Source of the DNA: Dehalococcoidia bacterium
Lineage (GTDB): Bacteria; Chloroflexota; Dehalococcoidia; Lucifugimonadales; UBA3495
DNA length: 64,000 bases
Assembly: GCA_965115825.1 (NCBI GenBank)
Contig: OZ220464.1
Coordinates: 705,530-769,529, forward strand
Reading direction: 5' to 3'
This document shows positions 55,384 through 63,960 of this stretch, piece by piece (position 1 is the stretch's first letter; each line of letters starts with the position of its first letter). Made by a program: the position numbers and the translations under genes. The notes beneath the pieces were generated by a model, which had not been told where the DNA came from, did no database searches, and saw nothing but the letters and a program-made list of their open reading frames with translations.

Positions 55384-57489
55384 ATGGCCGGTTACCGCAA
55401 GCACGAGGCGCAGGATTGGGCCTGGCACAACCTCAAAGGCCAATGGACCACCCTCGTAACGCCTTTCACACCCGATAATCGCGTGGACACCGACGGTCTC
55501 CGCCACAACATCCGACACGTGCAGAGCCTGGGCGTCCGTGGCGGCGGTTGCACCTGGAATATGGGCGAGTTCTGGAGCCTTACCGAATCCGAGCGCCGCC
55601 TGGTCATGGACACCGTCGCCGACGAAGCCGCCGGCCGCTGGTTCATCGGCGCCCACGTCACCGACACCTCCCTCCAGGAGAGCGTCTCCCTCGCCCGCCA
55701 CGCCCAGCAGCAGGGCTTCGACCTCCTTATCATTGCCCCCTCCTACATGGTCACCAAAACCGAAGACCAGGTAGTCGAATTCGTCCGCCAGGTTGCCGAA
55801 ACCACCGACCTCGCCATAATGTTCTACAACTCCCCCCAATTTGGCATCACCATCAGCCCCCACGGACTCAAACGCCTCTGCGCCATCCCCAACGTCGTCG
55901 GCGTCAAAGAAGCCAGCTTCAACCAGCAGATTTCCATCGAAACCCACCTCCTCGTCGGACGCGACGCCATCATCAGCACCCCCGACGAGTGGATCTTCCA
56001 CAAGGCCAAACAGCTCGGATTCCACCAGCAGGTGATGTTCGCCAACACCTCCGACTGGCGCTTTGACACCCCCTCCCACAACTACTACGTCCGCTTCATC
56101 GACAAAGCCACCTCCGGCGACTTGGACACCGAGTTCTACGACCGCCACCTCAAAGACATCAAAGCTCTCTCCGACAAGTGGTGGGGCGGCACGATGAAGA
56201 AAACCGGCGGCGCCCTCCCCGTGTCTATGTGCAAGGCTTGGGGCGAAATGATGGGCATGGTCGGCGGCAGCGTCCGCGCCCCCCTCAGCGACCTTACTCC
56301 CGAAGCCAAAAGCGCCCTCTGGAGCGAACTGGAGCCTCTGCTCCCTCGTCCCGCCGCCATTTCCGCCGCAAGCTCCCGCGAGGTCATCCACGGCCGCCCC
56401 CACGCCCCCTGGCTCAACGGCTCCCCGGCTGCCCATCCCGGCCCCGGCCGCCATCACGACATCGAAGGCTCCGGCATGATGCTGCTCGTCAGCGCCCAGA
56501 ACAAAGCCGAGGCTATGGAAGCCGACCGCGGCGGCGCGGACATCATCGACTTGAAAAACCTCCAGGAAGCCCTGGTCGGTTCAGCCCATCCCAACTTGGT
56601 CAAGGAAGTGCGCGAGCTGATACCCGCCCACAAGCACGTCAGCGTCACCCTCGGCGTCGTCCCTAACCAGCCCGGCACCGTCGCTATGGCCGTCCACGCC
56701 GCCACCATGATGGACGCCACCTCCGTCAAGGTAGGCTTCCAGGTTGCCGACTACGACACCGCCGTTGAGGTGTTAAGAGAATCCCGCGCCGCCATTGGCA
56801 GCTCTCCAACCAAGCTCATCGGCTCCCTCTTCGCCGACAACCTCCTCTTCAACGGCGGCCTCGACCCTCACCTCATGGTCCGCCTCGCCAAAGACGGCCA
56901 GTGCGACGGCTTCCTCATCGACACCCTCACCAAAGATGGCCGCAACCTCTTCGACTTTATGCCCGAGCCCGTCCTCCGCGACATGGTCATGGAAGCCAAA
57001 GCCGCCGGCCTCAGCACCGCCCTCAGCGGACACCTCAAACTGGACAACCTCGACGAACTTGCCCGTATCAACCCCGACATCGTCGGCGTCCGCGGCGCCG
57101 TCTGTTCCAGCGGCGAGCGCGACCGCGCCGTTGCCTGGGAAGCCGTCGCCTATTTCAAAGAACAACTCGACCTCCGCAAAAGCGGTCAAATCGACGTCCG
57201 CGCCCCCGTCTCCGTCCCCACCGGCGACAACGGCAACGGCCACCAAAATGGCAGCGGCTGGACCGTCATCGACGGCCGCGGCAAAAACTGCGCCGGCGTC
57301 ATCGCCGCCCTCAGCCGTCAGATGGAATACGACCGCGCCTCCTTCATCGAAGCCATCCTCCACGACGCCCTCAACATCTACGATGTCATCTACTGGACGG
57401 AACAGGCCGGGCACAAACTTCTCACCCAGCGCAAAGAAAGCGACGGCACCCTCCGCGTCCTGATCCAACCCTACGCCAACCCACGCTAA
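55384..57489 (+). CDS. Tri-domain fusion: DapA/DHDPS-family aldolase + MfnB(DUF556)-like 4-HFC-P synthase + TusA-like domain
   Basis: GGAGG precedes ATG 55384. Residues 1-~300 are DHDPS-like (LVTPFTPDNRVDTDGL, VGVKEAS). Residues ~365-600 read MMLLVSAQNKAEAMEADRGGADIIDLKN...DIVGVRGAVCSSGERD and are MfnB-like. The last ~80 aa read VIDGRGKNCAGVIAAL...LRVLIQP and are TusA-like. It is one uninterrupted frame. Confidence 0.65.
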   Translation: MAGYRKHEAQDWAWHNLKGQWTTLVTPFTPDNRVDTDGLRHNIRHVQSLGVRGGGCTWNMGEFWSLTESERRLVMDTVADEAAGRWFIGAHVTDTSLQESVSLARHAQQQGFDLLIIAPSYMVTKTEDQVVEFVRQVAETTDLAIMFYNSPQFGITISPHGLKRLCAIPNVVGVKEASFNQQISIETHLLVGRDAIISTPDEWIFHKAKQLGFHQQVMFANTSDWRFDTPSHNYYVRFIDKATSGDLDTEFYDRHLKDIKALSDKWWGGTMKKTGGALPVSMCKAWGEMMGMVGGSVRAPLSDLTPEAKSALWSELEPLLPRPAAISAASSREVIHGRPHAPWLNGSPAAHPGPGRHHDIEGSGMMLLVSAQNKAEAMEADRGGADIIDLKNLQEALVGSAHPNLVKEVRELIPAHKHVSVTLGVVPNQPGTVAMAVHAATMMDATSVKVGFQVADYDTAVEVLRESRAAIGSSPTKLIGSLFADNLLFNGGLDPHLMVRLAKDGQCDGFLIDTLTKDGRNLFDFMPEPVLRDMVMEAKAAGLSTALSGHLKLDNLDELARINPDIVGVRGAVCSSGERDRAVAWEAVAYFKEQLDLRKSGQIDVRAPVSVPTGDNGNGHQNGSGWTVIDGRGKNCAGVIAALSRQMEYDRASFIEAILHDALNIYDVIYWTEQAGHKLLTQRKESDGTLRVLIQPYANPR

Positions 57490-57701
57490 CCCGCCTGACC
57501 CACAAATCCCGTACCCTGCAAACCAACCCTACGCTAACGGACTCTCGACATACTCCTCGCTTCCCAATCGCAAGGGTGGGGCTACTCAGTCCCGCCCTTG
57601 CGATTTATATGCCCGCCCTACACCTGACGATGCCCGGTCATACCCACACCTAACGCCGCCACTCCCACGCCCATCATTCCGGCGAAAGCCGGAACCTGGC
57701 G

Positions 57702-57990
57702 CCCCATACACGCCCCGGGCCCGCAACCTACATCCCCAATGCGAACCCCCCAATCCTGCCCATCCTAAAATCCCGTAAATCCTGATTCTGACAACAACCC
57801 CATACACGCCCCGGGCCCGCAACCACACCCCCATAGCGAACCCCCCAATCCTGCCCATCCTAAAATCCCATAAATCCTGATTCTGACAACAACCCCATAC
57901 ACGCCCCGGGCCCGCAACCACACCCCCATAGCGAACCCCCCAATCCTGCCCATCCTAAAATCCTGTAAATCCCAATTCAGACCATCCTCA
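57702..57990 (-). repeat. Tandem array, 3 x ~95 bp, core repeat in reverse orientation
   Basis: Units start at 57702, 57798 and 57893. Cores (ATCCTAAAATCCCGTAAATCCTGATTCTGAC) lie at 57762..57793, 57857..57887 and 57952..57982, the last one degenerate. Confidence 0.9.
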
Positions 57991-58660
57991 CCGCCAACCC
58001 CCATCCACCACTCCAACGCCCCAACCTACCCAATCCTGAAAATCCCAAAATCCCGTAAATCCTGATTCTGACAAATTGATGACATCCAACGCTTGCGAAG
58101 CCGTACGCCAGTACTTTACCCTATCCACGTCAGGCTCATCCGCCGGCCCCGCGCGAACCGTCGGATACCCGTCCCTGGCCAGGACAACTGCCCGACACCA
58201 CAACTGAATAGGAGTCTCACGGGGTTCAGGACATCACGGTCTAATCCGCCGCATCCGTACTGTGCGGCATGTCGGATCCATTGCACCACTGTGGTGCGCC
58301 GGAGGTCGGTCACATTACCCGGCTGGCGCACCCAGCACGGCGGGCGTCACCACCGCTGCGCGAGGACGGGCACTGCGCAAGCAGCCGTTAGCACGCGCAA
58401 GACTAGGACGTAAATAGCAAGCACGCTCTCAGGCCGTAGCGCCGACATCCTGAACCCCCAGGAACCCAACCAGAATCCACCGACCGACCAAAAGGAGAGA
58501 AACAACCAACATGAACACCGTCAACCCCAACTCCACTACCCGCGCCCCTCCCCACCGGCCGCCCCCAAAGGGGTGGCCATCGGTAGGTTGGCCACCACCA
58601 AAGCCCCCGGAACCGGGTTCCCATTCTCACCGTAGTAGCGGATTAGCAACTGCGAGGTGA
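57952..58660 (-). repeat. Composite intergenic repeat, copy B (inverted partner of 7867..8442)
   Basis: The full 40-nt core lies at 58033..58073. Positions 58380..58630 are near-identical to the reverse complement of 7900..8130. Copy B carries ~165 extra nt (about 58210..58375) relative to copy A. Confidence 0.85.
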
Positions 58661-58666
58661 TACAAT
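58658..58666 (+). promoter_or_regulatory. Extended -10 promoter candidate (TGATACAAT), near-leaderless sbcC-like mRNA
   Basis: The -10 hexamer ends 10 nt before ATG 58677. No SD lies in between. Confidence 0.35.
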
Positions 58667-58676
58667 CGGCGGCGAC

Positions 58677-61244
58677 ATGATCCCGCTGAAACTGTCTCTC
58701 CGCAACTTCCTCTGCTACCGGGATGACGTGCCGCCGCTGGACTTGCGCGGCGTCCACGTCGTCTGCCTCTGCGGAGCCAACGGCCACGGCAAATCCGCCC
58801 TGCTGGACGCCATGACCTGGTGCCTCTGGGGGCAAGCCCGCACTGGCAACCGCAACCACGACAGCCTGATTTCCCACGGTGAAACCGAGTGCCGGGTCCA
58901 GCTTGACTTTCTGGCCCAAGGCCAAACCTACCGCGCTGTTCGCCGCCGCCGTAGCGCTGGACGCGGCCGTTCCGAGCTCGACCTCTTCGTATTGGACGAC
59001 GTCGAGCATCCGCGCCCCATCACCGGCAACTCCCTCAACGAAACCAACGCCCACATCCGCCGTTTGGTCGGCATGGACTACGATACCTTCGTCAACTCCT
59101 CCTTCCTCCTGCAAGGCCGCTCCGACGAATTCACCCGCAAATCTCCCTCCGACCGCAAGGAAGTCCTTTCGTCCATCCTCGGATTGGGCCTCTACGAAAT
59201 TCTCCAGGCCGCCGCCCGCAGCCGCCGGGCAGAATGGCAGGACGCCGTCGCCCGCTCCGAGGGCGCCTTGGCGCAAACTAAATCCGCCCTGGACGCAGTT
59301 CCCGACCCAGCTCCCGAACTGGCCGCGCTCACCAATCGCCTGCACGAACTGGACGCTGAAATCACGTCAGCCTCAGCCGACGCGGCGGAGCGGCGAGCCG
59401 CTGTAACCGAACTCCGCCGTCAGGAGACCGAGCTGGCCGCATTGGAACGCCACGTCGCAGCCCTCACCAACGACATCGCTCGGGCTGCCGACTCCATCGC
59501 ACTCGCGCGACGCCGCATTAACCACTCTCAAACCCTGGCCCAAAGAGCCGATGAAATCGACAACGGCGTCGCCCGTCTCACCGCCGCCCGCAGTGAACTG
59601 GAACGCCTGGAAGCCACCCGCCGCGAGTACGACGATTTGCACGACCGCCGCAACAAGTTGCAAGTCGCAATCGGCCGGGAACAGGCTACCTTGTCCGCCC
59701 AGGCTGCCGAACTGCAACGCCGCATCCGCGACGAATTGGAACCCCTGACCCTGCAGCGCGACGGGATTGCCCGGCTGCTGGCAGACCTGCGCGACGCCGA
59801 GCAAAGGCTCATCGCGGAGCAGGAACGTATCGACGCCTGCCACGCCGCAGCCGCCGATTTGCAAACCCACATCGCGGTCAAGCAGGCTGCACTGGAGCAA
59901 TGCCTCGCCGAGGGTAAAGAACTCCGCGCCCGCCAGCAGGACATCGCCTCCGCCGGCGCATTGTGTCCCCTGTGCCGTACTCCCCTCACCGAAGACGCTT
60001 GCGGCGATATAGCCGAATGGTACGAAAATCAAATCACTGCCAAGCTGACGCTGCACCGCGAAATCCAGAAGACCCTCGGCGAACTGACCCGGCGGCAAAC
60101 GCAGCTGGCCGCCGACGCGGACCAGCGGCGCAACGCCCTCGCCCGCCAGCAGCGGCAGGCCCAACAGGAACGGGGACGCCTGGAACAGCAGCAGCGCCAA
60201 AGCGACGCCGCCCAGTCCCAGCTGCAAGAATCCCAGCCCCGATTGTCTCGGCTGCAAGACTTGCTGGCTCTCGGCGATTTCGCCCCCGCTGAGCGCGCCG
60301 CCATCGCCAAAATCGACGAGGCCGTCATCGCCCTGGCCTACGATGACGTCAGCCGCGAGGAGGCCTACCGTCTAACGCAATCCCTGCTGCATTGGGACAC
60401 CGAACGCCGGGATCGGGATACGGCATTGGCCCGCCTGCCCGACGACGAAGCGGAACTGCGCCAGGATGAAGCGCAGGCTGCGCGGTGGCGCTCCGAACTG
60501 GCCGACGCCCAGGCCGGCTTGTCCGCGGCTCGGGCCGCAGTGGCGGAACTGCCCGAGCGCGAAATCGCAGCTCAGTCCGCCGAAGCCGTCGTTGCCGCTC
60601 TGTCCTCCGAGCGGGATGAACTGCTCGCCCGGCGCGGACGCTTGCAGGGCGACGCAGAACGACGGCGCGCTTACTCCGCGGAAATCGCCAAACTGGAACA
60701 AACCCATGCCCAAGCGCAAGCCGAGCAGATCATCTACCAGGAACTGTACGTCGCCTTTGGCCGCAGCGGCGTGCCTGCCATGCTGATTGACGCCGCCGTG
60801 CCCCACATCGAAACCGAAGCCAACCACCTGCTGGGCCGGATGACCGACAACCGCCTGGCCCTCAAGCTGGAAACCCAGCGCCTGACTCAGGGCGGCAACG
60901 TATCCGAAACGCTGGACATTATAGTGAGCGACGAGCTTGGCCCGCGCAGCTACGACCTGTTCAGCGGCGGCGAAGCTTTCCGCATCAATCTGGCCCTGCG
61001 CATCGCACTGTCCCGGGTGCTTTCGCAGCGGTTGGGCGCGCCGTTGCCCACGCTCTTCATTGACGAGGGATTTGGCACCCAGGACACCGCCGGACGGGAG
61101 CGCATCGTTGACGCTATCGCCTCCATCCAAAACGAGTTCGAGAAAATCATCGTGATAACCCACCTGGACGAGTTGAAAGACTTGTTCCCCGTGCGCATTG
61201 AAGTGCTGAAGACCGAGTCAGGTTCGCAATTCTGGCTGAGCTAG
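58677..61244 (+). CDS. SbcC/Rad50-family ATPase
   Basis: Walker A GANGHGKSALLDA. A long coiled coil carries a CxxC zinc hook (CPLCRTPL). The signature is FSGGEAFR and Walker B is LFIDEGFG. No SbcD/Mre11 gene lies adjacent. Confidence 0.8.
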   Translation: MIPLKLSLRNFLCYRDDVPPLDLRGVHVVCLCGANGHGKSALLDAMTWCLWGQARTGNRNHDSLISHGETECRVQLDFLAQGQTYRAVRRRRSAGRGRSELDLFVLDDVEHPRPITGNSLNETNAHIRRLVGMDYDTFVNSSFLLQGRSDEFTRKSPSDRKEVLSSILGLGLYEILQAAARSRRAEWQDAVARSEGALAQTKSALDAVPDPAPELAALTNRLHELDAEITSASADAAERRAAVTELRRQETELAALERHVAALTNDIARAADSIALARRRINHSQTLAQRADEIDNGVARLTAARSELERLEATRREYDDLHDRRNKLQVAIGREQATLSAQAAELQRRIRDELEPLTLQRDGIARLLADLRDAEQRLIAEQERIDACHAAAADLQTHIAVKQAALEQCLAEGKELRARQQDIASAGALCPLCRTPLTEDACGDIAEWYENQITAKLTLHREIQKTLGELTRRQTQLAADADQRRNALARQQRQAQQERGRLEQQQRQSDAAQSQLQESQPRLSRLQDLLALGDFAPAERAAIAKIDEAVIALAYDDVSREEAYRLTQSLLHWDTERRDRDTALARLPDDEAELRQDEAQAARWRSELADAQAGLSAARAAVAELPEREIAAQSAEAVVAALSSERDELLARRGRLQGDAERRRAYSAEIAKLEQTHAQAQAEQIIYQELYVAFGRSGVPAMLIDAAVPHIETEANHLLGRMTDNRLALKLETQRLTQGGNVSETLDIIVSDELGPRSYDLFSGGEAFRINLALRIALSRVLSQRLGAPLPTLFIDEGFGTQDTAGRERIVDAIASIQNEFEKIIVITHLDELKDLFPVRIEVLKTESGSQFWLS

Positions 61245-61249
61245 GAGCG

Positions 61250-61395
61250 CCTCCCCCAGCGCGGGAGCGGGTACAAGAGAATTCCATCGCCGCACCTCAC
61301 CTGACCCGCGCTGCCCCAGCGCGGAATCGAGGTACTCCCTCCGGCTGACAGAGCCGGGCTAGACGGGCCCTCACCCCCGCGGAAACAGGGTACAG
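61250..61395 (+). repeat. Three ~24-nt direct repeats at ~59-60 bp spacing
   Basis: CCCCCAGCGCGGGAGCGGGTAC (from 61253), CCCCAGCGCGGAATCGAGGTAC (from 61314) and CCCCCGCGGAAACAGGGTAC (from 61374). Confidence 0.6.
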
Positions 61396-61527
61396 CAGGC
61401 GGGAAAAGCAGTTTCACGGCTTTTCGCCAGCGCATTGCGTTGACAGGTTGATAGCGTAGAGATAGACTTATCCTGGAAGTACACCAATACTGAATCCACG
61501 CGCCAGTCTGCGCGATTCTGGCGCTTT

Positions 61528-62634
61528 ATGCCTTCTAACAGCAAAATGCAACCGACAGTCAGTGAACCCGTTCTCAGGCCCCATGCGCTGCAATTGTCCG
61601 GGCTGTGCAAAGCGTTTCATGAAGTCAAAGCGGTCGTTGACGCGGACGTGGACTTGAAACGCGGCGAGATTCTCTGCCTGTTGGGCCCCAGCGGGTGCGG
61701 CAAGACCACCATGCTGCGCCTGATTGCCGGATTTGACGCGCCCGACGCCGGAACCGTTCACATTGACGGCAGGCTGGTAAGCGGCCTGGGCGTGAACGAA
61801 ACCCCGGAAAAGCGACGGGTAGGCATGGTGTTCCAAGACGGCGCTCTGTTCCCGCACCTCACGGTGGCCCAGAACATTGCTTTCGGCCTGAGCAAAAGCC
61901 TACGCCGCCAGGTGCGGGTAGCCGAGGCGTTGGAGTTGGTAGACTTGGCCGGGTATGACAAGCGCTACCCCCATCAGCTTTCCGGAGGGCAGCAGCAGCG
62001 GGTAGCGTTGGCCCGAGCCCTGGCGCCAGCGCCCGATTTAATACTGATGGACGAGCCCTTTTCCAGCCTTGACGCCGGCCTGCGTGGGCAGCTGCGCGCT
62101 GAGGTGCGGGCGATTTTGAAGCAGCGGGGCGCCAGCGTAGTCTGCGTAACCCACGACCAGGAAGAAGCAATGCAGCTGGCCGACCGAGTAGCGGTCATGA
62201 ACCAGGGCAGGATTGAGCAACTGGGGACTCCCGAAGCAGTGTTCAATTACCCTGACAACAGGTTCACCGCCGAGTTCTTCGGCATAGCCGACTTTATGCC
62301 GGCATGGCGGGATGGCAAACGTCTAGCCTGTGAGGTGGGGTCGATACCCTGGCGCGCTGGCGACCACCCTGACGGCGAGTTGCAGATTGTAGTCCGTCCT
62401 GACTGCTTGGATATGGACATCAGCGAAGAGGGCAATGGCGTAGTGGTGCAGAAGGAGTTTCTGGGAGGCTTCAATCTCTATCGTGTGGAGCTGGCCTCCG
62501 GCCAAAAGGTGCAGGTGATGCAGTCGCACATCATGCAGTACCAGCCCGGAACGAAGGTCAGTGTTTTCCTGCGCGCGGGACACCGTCCGCAGTTTTTCGT
62601 CAACGGCCGAGCCACCAACGCCGCGCCGCATTAG
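61528..62634 (+). CDS. ABC transporter ATP-binding protein (Fe3+/polyamine FbpC/PotA type)
   Basis: Walker A GPSGCGKTT, signature LSGGQQQR, Walker B LILMDEPFSSLD. It has a C-terminal TOBE-like domain. Confidence 0.85.
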   Translation: MPSNSKMQPTVSEPVLRPHALQLSGLCKAFHEVKAVVDADVDLKRGEILCLLGPSGCGKTTMLRLIAGFDAPDAGTVHIDGRLVSGLGVNETPEKRRVGMVFQDGALFPHLTVAQNIAFGLSKSLRRQVRVAEALELVDLAGYDKRYPHQLSGGQQQRVALARALAPAPDLILMDEPFSSLDAGLRGQLRAEVRAILKQRGASVVCVTHDQEEAMQLADRVAVMNQGRIEQLGTPEAVFNYPDNRFTAEFFGIADFMPAWRDGKRLACEVGSIPWRAGDHPDGELQIVVRPDCLDMDISEEGNGVVVQKEFLGGFNLYRVELASGQKVQVMQSHIMQYQPGTKVSVFLRAGHRPQFFVNGRATNAAPH

Positions 62635-63006
62635 GAACGCAAGCGGCAAATCCCGACTGCGGAGCGAGCCGATGAACCCGGTAACCTGACACGGCATCGC
62701 ACTAATAAAAACAGCTATGCCTAGGGCATTTCTTATAGAGCAAGCATGCCTGATTTACTGCGCTCATCTGCGTCACAGAAATGCACTCTGTTTCCTGTGA
62801 TGCCGGCGCACACCGGTCATATGCGGGGAAGTACTATTTCAGCGCGCCATGACTGTCGGTATGGCGCCTGCTGCTGGCTGAGAGGTCGTTTCCACAGCGC
62901 CATTGGGGTACGGAAATCGGTTGAACCGCTGTCGTGTATGGTAAGGTCGACGTTATCCAACGGGCTCGGAGCAAGCGAACAACACCGTGGTACAGGAGGC
63001 TGCGCG

Positions 63007-63426
63007 ATGCTGACGGACGGACAACGGGAGTTTCTGAATAACAATCACAACGGCGCGCTGACAACATTCCGGCGGAACGGGGCGGCGCAAATGAGCATCG
63101 TTACCTGTGGGCGGTATGACGACGGCGTGGCTTTCACCACTACCGCCGGCCGTTCCAAGCTGCGCAACCTGCGCCGGGAGCCACGTTGCACTATCCTGGT
63201 AGGCGCCGACGACTGGCGCAACTTCGTTGTGCTGGAAGGCGAGGCCCGCCTGGTCGGCGTTGATACCGTCAGCGCGGACGAATACCGTGAGACCCTGCGC
63301 AAGGTGTACCGCACCGCCGCCGGTCGGGAACATCCTAACTGGGACGAATACGATCAAGCGATGCTGGACGACGGGCGGTATGCCGTAATCGTAACACCGG
63401 CCCATGTCTATGGGAGGACTGATTAG
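63007..63426 (+). CDS. PPOX-class (pyridoxamine 5'-phosphate oxidase-like) F420-dependent protein
   Basis: ACAGGAGG precedes ATG 63007. It reads LNNNHNGALTTFRRNGAAQMSIV...ILVGADDWRNFVVLEGEARL. Confidence 0.65.
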   Translation: MLTDGQREFLNNNHNGALTTFRRNGAAQMSIVTCGRYDDGVAFTTTAGRSKLRNLRREPRCTILVGADDWRNFVVLEGEARLVGVDTVSADEYRETLRKVYRTAAGREHPNWDEYDQAMLDDGRYAVIVTPAHVYGRTD

Positions 63427-63960
63427 GGGGGGACAGCGCTGCGATGGGTTAGGAGTGGGCGGAGTTGTCGCTAGCCAATGCCCTCTGCATGCCGTAGGGA
63501 AGGTACGTCAAGAGGTATGCTGTCATGGTAGTACATACGTTTGACATGGTGGGCTATAAGACCGCGCCGGCTATGGCGTCGGGATTGACCGACCGGATAC
63601 GAGACATCCGCCGGCTAACCGACCTGGTTTTAGAGCATCGGCCCAAACCCGGCAAGGTCAGGTCGTACAAGCTCCGCGCGAAGTCGCCGATTTCAAAGTG
63701 AGACACTACCCGGCCTACGCTTATGGGAGGACGGATTAGGGGGACTGCACTTCGATGGGGTGGGGGTGGGCCGAGTTGTCGATAGCCGATTCTCTCTGCA
63801 TACCGCAGGGGAGATACGTCAGGAGGTATGTTGCCATTGTAACCCCTGCCTATGTTTATGGGAGGATGGCTTCGGGTGGACGGCAATGTGATGGGTTGGG
63901 GGAGGGCGGAGTTGTAGCTAGCCAATGCCCTCTGCATGCCGCAGGGAGGATGCGTCAAAG
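63377..63960 (+). repeat. ~135-bp repeat units that begin inside the 3' end of the PPOX gene
   Basis: The unit GGTATGCCGTAATCGTAACACCGGCCCATGTCTATGGGAGGACTGATTAGGGGG...GCCAATGCCCTCTGCATGCCG recurs at about 63377, 63514 (diverged), 63704 and 63827. The array continues to the window edge. Confidence 0.75.
63546..63701 (+). mobile_element. Possible transposase C-terminal tail remnant
   Basis: A 51-codon frame, MVGYKTAPAMASGLTDRIRDIRRLTDLVLEHRPKPGKVRSYKLRAKSPISK. The PAMA-G-TD...L tail followed by a basic patch resembles C-terminal tails I recall on some DDE transposases. It is embedded in the repeat block. Confidence 0.3.

Noticed and set aside
55312-56457. 381-aa minus-strand ORF, plus plus-strand out-of-frame ORFs across 55.5-57.6 kb
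   Set aside because: These are antisense or out-of-frame readings of the tri-domain fusion gene. They are Gly/Ala/Val-rich or Arg/Pro-rich with no motifs.
8443-57951. The 49.5-kb segment between the inverted composite repeats as a mobile element or genomic island at the tmRNA gene
   Set aside because: The content is core housekeeping (polA, ileS, lysC, thrB, thiD/E, mutM), with no integrase. The repeat abuts the 5' side of ssrA, not the 3' end that islands normally target.
58090-58676. An SbcD/Mre11 nuclease gene expected upstream of the SbcC-like ATPase
   Set aside because: No frame here has metallophosphoesterase motifs (DxH, GDxxD, GNHD). The space is filled by composite repeat B. SbcD may be elsewhere or lost.
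63377-63960. Diversity-generating retroelement (TR/VR pair) explanation for the repeated gene-end units
   Set aside because: Mismatches between copies involve all four bases rather than being adenine-specific. No reverse transcriptase is present.
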